From an uncultured delta proteobacterium (GTDB lineage Bacteria; Desulfobacterota; Desulfobacteria; Desulfobacterales; UBA2156), in NCBI GenBank assembly GCA_963736855.1, contig CAVTQK010000009.1:352001-416000 (forward strand): DNA of 64,000 bases, read 5' to 3'. The translations under genes and the position numbers were made by a program. A model generated the notes under the pieces. It made no database searches and was not told the DNA's origin. It saw only the letters and a list, made by a program, of their open reading frames with translations. This document shows, one piece after another, positions 10,301-19,771 of this stretch. Positions within the stretch are counted from its first letter, which is position 1, and each line of letters opens with the position of its first letter.

Positions 10301-10338
10301 AGTTTCCAAATGGAAACTGATAATTTCCAGACGGAAAC
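10301..10338. promoter_or_regulatory. Tandem palindromic sites, candidate enhancer (UAS) for a sigma54 activator
   Basis: AGTTTCCA-AA-TGGAAACT (10301-10318, perfect) and ATTTCCAG-ACGGAAAC (10323-10338), ~135-170 bp upstream of the -24/-12 motif. Confidence 0.5.
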
Positions 10339-10469
10339 ATGGCGGTGTGTTTTGGGATGCTCTTTGGCTTTTCTTTGGGAGTTTCCGATAAATCCAAATC
10401 ATAATTAAGATTTTGATATCATTGACTATTATAATCAATAAAATATTTTGGAGTCTATTTTAATGTTTC

Positions 10470-10485
10470 AGGCATGGTATTTGCT
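10470..10485 (+). promoter_or_regulatory. Sigma54 (-24/-12) promoter
   Basis: AGGCATGGTATTTGCT: GG and GC at the required spacing, preceded by an AT-rich spacer. Confidence 0.65.
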
Positions 10486-10495
10486 TGCTATTAAT

Positions 10496-10564
10496 GGTAC
10501 GTGCATTTCTTCATCTTCATTTTCTCCTTAACGGCTGGCCATGGTGACCGGCCGTTTTTATTTT
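10496..10564 (+). ncRNA. Putative sigma54-dependent small RNA (~65-70 nt) with pyrimidine-rich anti-SD segment
   Basis: Lies between the sigma54 motif and a terminator hairpin; contains CUUCAUUUUCUCCUUA; no credible + strand gene follows. Confidence 0.45.
10530..10564 (+). terminator. Intrinsic terminator
   Basis: AACGGCTGGCCA-TGG-TGACCGGCCGTT hairpin followed by TTTATTTT on the + strand. Confidence 0.6.
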
Positions 10565-11250
10565 GCACCCCCGATTTCTTCCTTGACCAAGGTGCTGTAG
10601 AAGGAATCCGGAAAATCGGCAAGGATTTGCTTGAATTTTTCGGACCTGGCTTCGGTGTTTCCCGCTTTTCCGGACAGATTTGCCAGAATAAAGAGGGCTT
10701 CGTCTTTCAGTAAAGGTACATCCCCCGAGGCGACCTGTTCGAAGTACTTGGCCGCCTGATCGGGTTGTTGCTTTTTCAAATAGGCATGGCCGATGCTGCT
10801 CAAAATGACGTTTCTCAACAAAGGGTTGTCCTTGTAATCATCGAGGGCATCCTGATAAGCAGTGATTGCGCTGTCCTGATCGCCACCTTGAAAACAGAGG
10901 TTTGCATACAAAACCCGTCCCATTTTCCCGGAGCCGGTGCCCGGATATTCTTTGAAAAATGCCGCCAGCATCTCCTTTGTCTGGCCCATCTTCTCACCGG
11001 AGACAGTGCCTTCATCGACCTGACGATAGGTCGCCATGATCTTTCCAAAAGCCTCGATCGCTTTTTTTTCTCTTATATTCCGGTAGTACATCCACCCGGA
11101 ACCGGCCGCTGCAACGAAAATCAAGGCTGCCGCGCCCCAAAAAATCCGATCCTTGTTTTGAAGAATCCATTGAAGCATCCGGGCCGAAAATGTGAGGAAT
11201 TCGTCCGGTTCTTTCAAAAGCTCTTTTCGGGTGATTTTCTTCTTTAACAT
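10558..11250 (-). CDS. Membrane-anchored tetratricopeptide repeat protein (YfgM-like)
   Basis: KELLKEPDEF, a single TM helix and TPR-like helices; start set at ATG 11250 with GGAGG SD. Confidence 0.8.
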   Translation of the reverse strand: MLKKKITRKELLKEPDEFLTFSARMLQWILQNKDRIFWGAAALIFVAAAGSGWMYYRNIREKKAIEAFGKIMATYRQVDEGTVSGEKMGQTKEMLAAFFKEYPGTGSGKMGRVLYANLCFQGGDQDSAITAYQDALDDYKDNPLLRNVILSSIGHAYLKKQQPDQAAKYFEQVASGDVPLLKDEALFILANLSGKAGNTEARSEKFKQILADFPDSFYSTLVKEEIGGAK

Positions 11251-11543
11251 ATATCCTCCGGTCAACCGGTATATTCTGTGATTTTGAAGCTTCCCGCTAA
11301 AAAACGTGTGGCTTCCTTCCACCCCGTCTTTGAAGGCGGAGCTTGAGCGAAGCATGCCGATCAAACGGCTTTACAAACCTTCCGGCATCCTGTATATTTT
11401 TTATTATGCCTCATAGGATATTCTGAAGGTTGGGGCAATAGAAAAGCGACTCTCCTGGGCGTTTCTGCCTTTCCATTCGTACCCGCAGCCCCGATATTTG
11501 GGTGTGACTTGCTTTTTTCCAGGAGGTGATTATCGTGACAGGT

Positions 11544-13313
11544 ATGAAAACAAGATACGAAAAAATGCCTGACCCTAAAGAGCTTGAAAAAGAAATCGGT
11601 GATTTTTTAACCAAGAAGTTCGGGGACTCGGTGAAGATTGCCGGTCCCATCATCTTTTCCCAGGAGCTTCCTTTTGAAAGTGAAAAACCCGGTCCGAGCA
11701 AGAAGAAGAAAAAAATCAACTTTGATCTTAAACCCGAAGACCTGATCGACTACCTGGATCGATATATCGTCAAACAGGACAACGCCAAGGCTATCCTTGC
11801 TACCAAGATTTGCACCCATTTCAACCGAATCAGACGGTCGCAAAACGGCGATGGCGACATCAGTGACATGGTGGGGAGCATCAAGAACAACGTCCTGATG
11901 ATCGGGCCTACCGGTGTGGGAAAAACCTACATGGTGAAGTTGATCGCCAAGAAAATCGGGGTGCCGTTCGTAAAAGGGGACGCCACCAAGTTCAGCGAAA
12001 CCGGATATGTCGGCGGAGACGTGGAAGATCTGGTGAGGGATCTGGTTCGCGAAGCGGATGGGGATATCGAGCTGGCCCAGCACGGAATCATCTACATCGA
12101 TGAAATCGACAAGATCGCCTCGAGTCGCTACATCATCGGCGCTGACGTATCCCGGACCGGGGTCCAACGGGCCCTGCTCAAGCCGCTGGAAGAGACCGAA
12201 GTCGATCTGAAGGTGCCCCATGACCCCATCTCTATGATCCAGGAGATCGATCGCTTTCGCAAGACCGGGAAACGCGATAAGCGCAGCGTTAATACAAGAA
12301 ATATCCTGTTCATCGTCAGCGGTGCCTTTACGGATCTGTCGGAAATTATTAAAAAGCGAATGATCGACCAGAAAATTGGTTTCGGCGCCAAGATCCAAAG
12401 TGGTAAAGACCAGATGGATATCCTCAAACATGTTAAATCGGAGGACCTCATCGCCTTTGGGTTCGAAACCGAATTCGTCGGCCGTCTCCCGGTAAGAGCG
12501 ATCTTCGAGCATCTGACCGATGCGGATCTTTTCGACATCCTGAAAAATCCCAATAATCCCATCATGTTGGGGAAAAAATTCGATTTTGCCGCTTACGACA
12601 TCGACATTCGTTTCGAGGAAGGCCTTCTTGCCCGCCTGGCCAAACTGGCATTTCAGGAAAACACAGGAGCCCGGGGGTTGGTCAGCGCAGTGGAAAAGGC
12701 GCTTTTGTTGTTCGAACGACGGCTTCCCTCCACCCAGGTGCGGCATTTTCCAGCGACGTCTGCCATCCTTGAAGATCCGCAAAAGGTCCTTGAGGACCTC
12801 GTCGACCCTGAAAACCGAGAAAATGTGCTGAAAACCCACGAGGTGCTCTTCCAGGCAGAGAGGGAGCACATTAAGGCCTATTGTTTTGCCAACCGGAAGG
12901 AACTGTCCGAAAAGTACAATCTGACCCTTTCCACATCCCGCATCGATAATATCGCCACCTGCTATTGCAAGAACATCATGGACGTGGGGAGCGCCGTAGA
13001 GAAGATCAAGTCTTCCTATGATGAGATCAAAAAGATAGAGCTTTACTTTTACAAGAGCCACGATATCAATATCGTTTTGGAAGAAGACGCCGTTGATTAC
13101 ATTATCGAACAATTGATCAACACCCCGCTTGATATCAAGGCATTTTATAAAAAGCTGACGACGGATTTTCAACTGGGACTCAAGCTGGTCAGAGAAAAGA
13201 CCGGGAAAAACCGGTTTTTCATCACCCGTGAAGCGCTGCTGAATCCGGAAACCCATATCAGCACCCTTATCAGGGATGAACTTAAGCTGCTCAGCATCGA
13301 TCGGACTCCCTGA
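11544..13313 (+). CDS. ClpX-like AAA+ ATPase with C-terminal extension
   Basis: GPTGVGKT, DATKFSETGYVGGDVE, IYIDEIDKI, GVQRALLK, IGF loop, TGARGL. Start could be 11526. Confidence 0.85.
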   Translation: MKTRYEKMPDPKELEKEIGDFLTKKFGDSVKIAGPIIFSQELPFESEKPGPSKKKKKINFDLKPEDLIDYLDRYIVKQDNAKAILATKICTHFNRIRRSQNGDGDISDMVGSIKNNVLMIGPTGVGKTYMVKLIAKKIGVPFVKGDATKFSETGYVGGDVEDLVRDLVREADGDIELAQHGIIYIDEIDKIASSRYIIGADVSRTGVQRALLKPLEETEVDLKVPHDPISMIQEIDRFRKTGKRDKRSVNTRNILFIVSGAFTDLSEIIKKRMIDQKIGFGAKIQSGKDQMDILKHVKSEDLIAFGFETEFVGRLPVRAIFEHLTDADLFDILKNPNNPIMLGKKFDFAAYDIDIRFEEGLLARLAKLAFQENTGARGLVSAVEKALLLFERRLPSTQVRHFPATSAILEDPQKVLEDLVDPENRENVLKTHEVLFQAEREHIKAYCFANRKELSEKYNLTLSTSRIDNIATCYCKNIMDVGSAVEKIKSSYDEIKKIELYFYKSHDINIVLEEDAVDYIIEQLINTPLDIKAFYKKLTTDFQLGLKLVREKTGKNRFFITREALLNPETHISTLIRDELKLLSIDRTP

Positions 13314-13382
13314 GACGGTGGCCACCCCCCGGCGTTGCACGGATCCTGCCGAAAGACAGGTTGATATAAAGAACAATTCATC

Positions 13383-14561
13383 ATGATCGGCATATCCAAA
13401 TTATATTGCAATACGGTGGAGCCCTCCGATGCGCTGCGCTACGACAGACACTCCTCCCGCCTCCCGTCCCACTTATTGCAATTTTCCGAAGACAAACGAC
13501 CGGTGGTGGTCTGGAATGTCACCCGGCAATGTAATTTGAGTTGCATTCACTGCTATGCCCATGCCAAGCATACGACCACCGAAAACGAGCTGACCCTGGA
13601 AGAAAGCCGGCAGATCATGGACGATCTGGCCCGGTTCGGCGTGCCGGTCCTCCTTTTTTCCGGCGGCGAGCCTCTGGTCCGAAAAGACCTTCCGGACTTA
13701 GCCGCCTATGCGGTTGAAAAGGGGATGCGGGCGGTGATTTCAACCAATGGCACCCTGATCACGCGGGACATTGCCCGTATCCTTCAAGAGATCGGGCTTT
13801 CATACGTGGGGATCAGCCTGGACGGCATGGAAGCGGTTAATGATCGCTTCAGGGGGATGACCGGAGCGTTTCAAATGGCTTTGGAAGGAATCCGGAACTG
13901 CCAGGAGGCCGGCATCAAGGTAGGATTACGCTTTACCGTCAACAAGTTCAATGTACAAGAGATCCCCAAGATATTCGCCCTCCTCGAAGAGATGGATATA
14001 CCCAGGGTTTGCTTTTACCACCTGGTTTACGCCGGCCGCGGATCTAAGCTCTTGGAAGAAGATCTTTCCCACAAGGAATCCCGGGCGGTTGTGGACCTGA
14101 TCATGAATCTGACCCGGGATCTTCACGATCGGGGAAAACCCAAAGAGGTTCTCACCGTGGATAACCATGCAGACGGACCCTATCTCTACCTGCGCTTGTT
14201 AAAAGAAAACCCGAAACGGGCGGCCGACGTCCTTCAGCTTTTAAAAATGAATGAGGGGAACAATTCCGGCAGGGGGATCGGGTGTATCAGCTGGAACGGA
14301 GAGGTCCACGCCGACCAATTCTGGCGGCATTACAGTTTTGGAAATGTCAAGGAGCGCCCCTTTTCACAGATCTGGACGGATCTTTCGAATCCGCTGATGC
14401 AAAAATTGAAAGAAAAGAAAAAGCACATGACGGGACGGTGCGCCAAATGCCGCTGGCTTGACATTTGCGGAGGCAACTTCAGGGTGAGGGCCGAAGCCGT
14501 GACCGGCGACGTGTGGGCCCCGGACCCGGCTTGCTATCTTACCGACGAAGAAATCGCTTGA
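13383..14561 (+). CDS. ahbC: Radical SAM Fe-coproporphyrin synthase (12,18-didecarboxysiroheme deacetylase)
   Basis: MIGISKLYC N-terminus, CNLSCIHC, TVDNHADG, SPASM CAKCRWLDICGG; adjacent to hemB. Confidence 0.88.
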   Translation: MIGISKLYCNTVEPSDALRYDRHSSRLPSHLLQFSEDKRPVVVWNVTRQCNLSCIHCYAHAKHTTTENELTLEESRQIMDDLARFGVPVLLFSGGEPLVRKDLPDLAAYAVEKGMRAVISTNGTLITRDIARILQEIGLSYVGISLDGMEAVNDRFRGMTGAFQMALEGIRNCQEAGIKVGLRFTVNKFNVQEIPKIFALLEEMDIPRVCFYHLVYAGRGSKLLEEDLSHKESRAVVDLIMNLTRDLHDRGKPKEVLTVDNHADGPYLYLRLLKENPKRAADVLQLLKMNEGNNSGRGIGCISWNGEVHADQFWRHYSFGNVKERPFSQIWTDLSNPLMQKLKEKKKHMTGRCAKCRWLDICGGNFRVRAEAVTGDVWAPDPACYLTDEEIA

Positions 14562-14678
14562 GCGTTTCCAATTTGGAAACCCTTCGGATCGCGTAATCTA
14601 TGCTGAAAGTGGATTCTTTTCCATTACAAAGTCTTATGAAACCTATTAACCCTCAACTCGTTTTAAAAGGAAAAACAG

Positions 14679-15653
14679 ATGTTGTTTCCCGATTACAGGC
14701 CCAGGCGGTTGCGACAAAATCCGGCGTTTCGGCGGATGATCCGCGAAACCCGTCTCAGTGTCGATGACCTCATCCTTCCCCTTTTTGCCGCGCACGGCAA
14801 AGGGGTTAAAGAACCGATCTCTTCCATGCCCGGCCAGTACCACCTGTCTACGGACAACCTGGTCAAGGTCGCCAAGGATGCGTTGGATATGGGGATTCCG
14901 GCCATTTTACTTTTCGGCATCCCTCAGAAAAAGGACGCCCTGGGCACCGAGGCCTATTCCAAAGACGGCATCGTCCAGAAAGCAGTTCGGGCTGTTAAGG
15001 ACAAGGTTTCCGGAATAGCGGTGATCACCGATGTCTGCTTATGCCAGTATACGGATCATGGACATTGCGGGATCTTAAACGGAAAAACGGTAGACAACGA
15101 TGCGTCCCTGGAGCTTTTAGCCAAAGTTGCGCTTTCCCATGCCAAGGCCGGCTCCGACATGGTGGCGCCTTCCGACATGATGGACGGCAGGGTGGCGGAG
15201 ATACGGGATACCCTTGACGAGGATGGATTTGAACATATTCCCATCATGTCCTACGCGGCCAAGTACTGCTCGGCCTATTATGGCCCCTTCCGACAAGCGG
15301 CCGATTCCGCCCCCAAGTTCGGAGATCGACAAACCTACCAGATGGATCCGGCCAATGCCCTGGAAGCCATCCGGGAGGTAACCATGGACATTGAAGAAGG
15401 GGCGGACATCATTATGATCAAGCCCGCCCTGGCCTACCTGGACATCATCTACCGGGTCCGCGAAGAGATCGATCTCCCTGTCGCCGCTTATAACGTCAGC
15501 GGCGAATATGCTATGATCAAAGCGGCCGACAAATTGGGAGTTCTCGACGGCAAAAAGGTAATGATGGAAACCCTGACAGCCATCAAACGAGCCGGCGCCG
15601 ACATGATTCTCACCTACTTCGCAATGGAGGCCGCAAAGGCGCTTCAGGAGTAA
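14679..15653 (+). CDS. hemB: Porphobilinogen synthase
   Basis: [42 protein letters not shown]. Confidence 0.97.
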   Translation: MLFPDYRPRRLRQNPAFRRMIRETRLSVDDLILPLFAAHGKGVKEPISSMPGQYHLSTDNLVKVAKDALDMGIPAILLFGIPQKKDALGTEAYSKDGIVQKAVRAVKDKVSGIAVITDVCLCQYTDHGHCGILNGKTVDNDASLELLAKVALSHAKAGSDMVAPSDMMDGRVAEIRDTLDEDGFEHIPIMSYAAKYCSAYYGPFRQAADSAPKFGDRQTYQMDPANALEAIREVTMDIEEGADIIMIKPALAYLDIIYRVREEIDLPVAAYNVSGEYAMIKAADKLGVLDGKKVMMETLTAIKRAGADMILTYFAMEAAKALQE

Positions 15654-15678
15654 TTGTGCGTTGAAAGAGACAAACGGC

Positions 15679-16788
15679 ATGACTGCAAACCGCCATCATC
15701 CCTCGCCCAGTCATGACCCTGGAAAAGCTCACCAGGATATGGGGTCCGGCCCGCGATTGGTGGCGTGGGAGATCACGCGCAATTGCAACCTCGCCTGCGT
15801 CCATTGCCGGGCGTCGGCCACCTCCGGGCCTTACAGCGATGAGTTTGACACTGATGCAGCCCTGACGTTGGTGAACCAGATCGCCCAGACAGGAAGCCCC
15901 ATCGTCATTTTAACGGGCGGAGAACCCCTTTTACGGAAAGATATTTTCGAGATCGCCACTTTTGGGACGAAAAAGGGTTTACGGATGGTCATGGCACCCA
16001 ACGGAACCCTCGTTACTGAGGAAATTGCCCGGAAACTAGCCGACTCCGGTATTAAACGGGTCAGCATCAGCCTGGACGGGGCATCTGCCGAAACCCACGA
16101 CCGGTTCAGGGGTGTCGACGGTGCATTCCAGGGGGCCCTGAGAGGTATCCGCCATATCCAGTCGGCGGGAATCGAGTTTCAAATCAACACCACCATCACC
16201 CAGATGAACCTCGACCAGATTCCCGAAATCCAGGACCTGGCTGTCGAACTAGGAGCGGTGGCGCATCACATTTTCCTGCTGGTTCCCACCGGCCGAGGAA
16301 AATACATCGTGGATCGTGCCATCACCGCCGACCAATACGAATCCACCCTGAACTGGTTTTATGACCAGCGGAGCCGAACCCTCCTGCAACTCAAAGCCAC
16401 CTGCGCACCCCATTACTATAGGATCTTGAGGCAACGCGCCAAACAGGACGGAATCTCGGTGACTTTCCAGACTCATGGCCTCGACGCCGTCACCCGAGGA
16501 TGTCTGGGCGGGGTAGGTTTTTGCTTCATCTCCCACCAAGGCATTGTCCAACCCTGCGGATTTCTGAACCTCAATTGCGGGGATGTCACGAAAAACCCTT
16601 TCCCCGAGATTTGGAATCACTCGGAAATCTTTTTATCCCTTCGAGATTTCGGCAAATTGAAAGGGAAATGCGGAGTTTGCGAATATCGGAGGGTCTGCGG
16701 CGGTTGCCGGGCCAGGGCCTTTGAGGCCACCGGCGACTACCTTGCCGAAGAACCGCTCTGCAACTACCTGCCGCGTTCTCTCTCCTGA
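15679..16788 (+). CDS. ahbD: Radical SAM heme b synthase
   Basis: AWEITRNCNLACVHCRA, KATCAPHYYR, GCLGG, CGVCEYRRVCGGCRARA. The start codon is uncertain (15661 or 15679). Confidence 0.88.
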   Translation: MTANRHHPSPSHDPGKAHQDMGSGPRLVAWEITRNCNLACVHCRASATSGPYSDEFDTDAALTLVNQIAQTGSPIVILTGGEPLLRKDIFEIATFGTKKGLRMVMAPNGTLVTEEIARKLADSGIKRVSISLDGASAETHDRFRGVDGAFQGALRGIRHIQSAGIEFQINTTITQMNLDQIPEIQDLAVELGAVAHHIFLLVPTGRGKYIVDRAITADQYESTLNWFYDQRSRTLLQLKATCAPHYYRILRQRAKQDGISVTFQTHGLDAVTRGCLGGVGFCFISHQGIVQPCGFLNLNCGDVTKNPFPEIWNHSEIFLSLRDFGKLKGKCGVCEYRRVCGGCRARAFEATGDYLAEEPLCNYLPRSLS

Positions 16789-16942
16789 AAATGCCATTTC
16801 ACTGCTCTTGTTATCCGCGGTAGTAAAAAGAAAGTCTTGCAATTTTTGCGCCATTGGTATTTATTCGATTCGGTCGCATCGTTATCACTCCTTGCGCTCA
16901 AAGTCCGGCCGGTCCCAGCACCCGGAATAAAAGGAACACCCA

Positions 16943-17548
16943 ATGAAGATCAGCGAATTAATGATTCCGAATCCGATCACCATCACCGAAGAGGCCTCCA
17001 TCCAGGATGCCATCTACCTCATGAAGACCAACTCCATCCGTCATCTTCCGGTTGTTTCCAGGGGCAAAGCGCTCAAAGGCTTCGTCACCCTGGCCGATCT
17101 GAAACAGGGCCTGATCCCTTCCATGGTTGGGGATCTTTCACTTTCGGATCTGATGATCAAAGATCCCATCACCGTGGACCCCGATGACGACATCGAAATC
17201 GCTGCCCAGCGGATCTACAAATACAAGATCGGGGGGATTCCGGTGGTGAAAAAAAAGAGGTTGGTGGGAATCATCACGGAAAGCGACATCCTGCGCGCCT
17301 TCATCGATATGATGGGTTTTCTCAAGGCGAGCTCCCGCATCGACGTCACCATCAATGACGTACCCGGCCTGTTCCGAAAAGCCCTCGATATCATCAATGA
17401 CGCAGGGGGCGATATCATCAGTGTCGGTATGGGTGTTCAGCAAAAAGGAAAAAAAACATACTACTTTCGTCTTTCCCCCTGCAAGACCCGGCCCATCCGG
17501 ATTGCACTGGAGGCCCAAGGGTTTACGGTCCCTACCGCAACGGATTAG
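16943..17548 (+). CDS. CBS-pair plus ACT domain protein (AcuB-like)
   Basis: Two CBS repeats (IRHLPVV, LVGIITESDIL) and a C-terminal ACT-like region. Confidence 0.82.
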   Translation: MKISELMIPNPITITEEASIQDAIYLMKTNSIRHLPVVSRGKALKGFVTLADLKQGLIPSMVGDLSLSDLMIKDPITVDPDDDIEIAAQRIYKYKIGGIPVVKKKRLVGIITESDILRAFIDMMGFLKASSRIDVTINDVPGLFRKALDIINDAGGDIISVGMGVQQKGKKTYYFRLSPCKTRPIRIALEAQGFTVPTATD

Positions 17549-17596
17549 GCGGCACCTCCGAACCGATGACCCTTCGGGACCGAATCTGCGGCAACA

Positions 17597-18634
17597 TCAG
17601 ACATTGAACCGGATTTGAATAATATCCCCATCTTGTACCTTGTAGGTCTTGCCTTCTAAACGGACCGTACCCCGCTTCCTGGCTTCCGGGAGGGACCCCA
17701 CTTCCATCAGATCCTTGTGGGCGATCACCTCAGCCCGAATGAATCCCTTCTTCATGTCGGTGTGAATGGTTCCGGCCGCATCCAGGGCACTGCCCCCTTT
17801 TTTTAAAGTCCATGCCCGGACCTCGTCGCTGAGGACCGTGAAAAAGGAAATCAGTCCTAAAAGGGTATAGGAGCACCGGATGACCCGGCGGGCAGCGGGT
17901 TCGCGAATTCCGAATCCCGATAAAAATTGCCGGGCTTCTGTCTCCTCCATCTGGGCGAGCTCTTGTTCGATCTTGCCTCGGATCGCCAGAGTCTCTTCTG
18001 AAAAAACCGAACCCGGCGGCAGCGCCGGGGGCTCGGAATCGTCTTCCCCATTGTTGAAGACTACGAGCATCGGTTTTGCGGAAAGAAGGGCATACCCTCT
18101 CAGGCGGCCATGGGAAGCCAGTTCCGGGGCTTTTCTCAACGGCTGTCCGGTCTCCAGTTGCCGATGGCAGGCTTTCAGCAGGACCGGTTCCTCCTCGTCG
18201 GGCTTTTTCCCCCGCTTTCGATCCGCTAAAAGGTGGTTGATGCGGTTTTCCAGCACGATGAGGTCATTCAGGGTAAGCTCCTGATCCAGCCTTGCAAAGT
18301 CTTCAAAGGGGGAAGGATCCGGAAGGCCCGGAAAAGAAAAATTCCGGAGTACATGAATGAGGGCGTCGCAATCCCGTATGCGGTTGCCGATCCCCTGGTC
18401 GTAAACCCGGTCCTGCTGATGAGGCCCAAGCTGCGGCAAAAAGTAGGTGACCTGGGCAAAAACCACCTTTTTAGGCTTGAAAATACCGGTCAAGTCATTG
18501 AGACGCTCATCCGGTACGCTGACGGTGCCGATCCGATCCTGACCTTTGTGACCGGGCTCCTCCCAAGCTTGAGTGAGGGCCTCAAAAACCGTCGACTTAC
18601 CGGAGCCCGGAAGACCGATGATCCCGATTTTCAT
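17597..18634 (-). CDS. YchF/Obg-like P-loop NTPase, divergent paralog
   Basis: MKIGIIGLPGSGKST, VPDERL, TGS domain (AAGTIHTD..GFIRAEV..EGKTY.VQDGD..RFNV). Confidence 0.85.
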   Translation of the reverse strand: MKIGIIGLPGSGKSTVFEALTQAWEEPGHKGQDRIGTVSVPDERLNDLTGIFKPKKVVFAQVTYFLPQLGPHQQDRVYDQGIGNRIRDCDALIHVLRNFSFPGLPDPSPFEDFARLDQELTLNDLIVLENRINHLLADRKRGKKPDEEEPVLLKACHRQLETGQPLRKAPELASHGRLRGYALLSAKPMLVVFNNGEDDSEPPALPPGSVFSEETLAIRGKIEQELAQMEETEARQFLSGFGIREPAARRVIRCSYTLLGLISFFTVLSDEVRAWTLKKGGSALDAAGTIHTDMKKGFIRAEVIAHKDLMEVGSLPEARKRGTVRLEGKTYKVQDGDIIQIRFNV

Positions 18635-18721
18635 GGGGCAGACCTCCTTTGCGGCTATAAGAGATACCCCCATTTCCTGCATACTCCATCCTTAACCGGG
18701 GTGCAAGCCATGACCGCCGTT

Positions 18722-19771
18722 TCACTTGCGCCACGAAAATAAAGCCGCCCCGGTAACAAGGCATACCACTGCGATGGATATCAACACGGTCAGCTCAAGG
18801 GCTACTTCGCTAAGACCCACACCGTCGTTCATCACTTTTCGGGCGGCTTCGACCATGTGAGTAAGGGGGAGCGCTTTGGAAGCAAGCTTGATCCATTCGG
18901 GGGCGCTGTCGATGGAAAACCAGACCTCGGATAAAAACATCATGGGCCAGGTGATAAAATTCAGAACTCCGTCTGTGAATTCTTCACTGGATCCCCTGGA
19001 AGCGAGCAGAAGCCCCAGGGCGCACATACTCAGGCCTCCCACAGCAAAAACGATGAAAAGGTCCAGGTAGGATCCTTCCACCGTAAAGGAAAAGAAGAGA
19101 TTGCATCCGATCCAGACCACGGTAAGGGTGAAGATCAACAGGAAAAGGCGGGACAGGATCTGGGCTAAGAGGTATTCCAGGGCGGTGAGGGGCGTTGCGT
19201 GCAACCGTTTCAGCACCCCGTTTTTCCGGTACCGGACCACGATGTAGCCTACGCCCCAGAGTGCGCTGAACATCATATTCATCGACAGGATTCCGGGGAA
19301 AAACCAGTCGATGTAGCGGATTTTCTTCCCCTGGATCTCTTCTTTTTGCACCAGAGTTTCAACGTCCGCCGGACTTAGGCTTCCTTTGAACACCCCCTCT
19401 ATGGCATATGCTTTCGGAGAAGAATCATCGATCCAATAGCGATGAGGTGCAAGACCGGTTTCAAGTAAAAAATCGATCCGATGGTGCCTAAGTTTTTCCA
19501 GTCCCTCCTCCAGACTGTGGATGCCGATGAATTCCGCATAGGGGATCTCCTTGAACCCTGCGGGGATCTCCACACGATCCAGGGAAACGATTCCGGACGG
19601 ATGAGGGAATATCCCGATCCGGTACTCCTTGAACCCTTTTCCGCTAAAAATAACCCCGAAACCAAGCACAATCAGGAAGGGAAAGATGAAATTCCAACCC
19701 AAGGCGCTGCGATCCCTGAAAAATTCCAGGTTCCTGGCGTAAAACACAGCCCAAAGACGCTCGAATCTCAT
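18722..19771 (-). CDS. ABC-2 type exporter permease
   Basis: Multiple TM helices; YIDWFFPGIL, GVLKRLHATP, LPLTH. Confidence 0.88.
   Translation of the reverse strand: MRFERLWAVFYARNLEFFRDRSALGWNFIFPFLIVLGFGVIFSGKGFKEYRIGIFPHPSGIVSLDRVEIPAGFKEIPYAEFIGIHSLEEGLEKLRHHRIDFLLETGLAPHRYWIDDSSPKAYAIEGVFKGSLSPADVETLVQKEEIQGKKIRYIDWFFPGILSMNMMFSALWGVGYIVVRYRKNGVLKRLHATPLTALEYLLAQILSRLFLLIFTLTVVWIGCNLFFSFTVEGSYLDLFIVFAVGGLSMCALGLLLASRGSSEEFTDGVLNFITWPMMFLSEVWFSIDSAPEWIKLASKALPLTHMVEAARKVMNDGVGLSEVALELTVLISIAVVCLVTGAALFSWRK

Noticed and set aside
11607..13376. 589-aa minus-strand ORF
   Set aside because: Antisense shadow of the ClpX-like gene with no recognisable motifs. The same applies to 1156-2097, 48120-49013 and 61986-62870.
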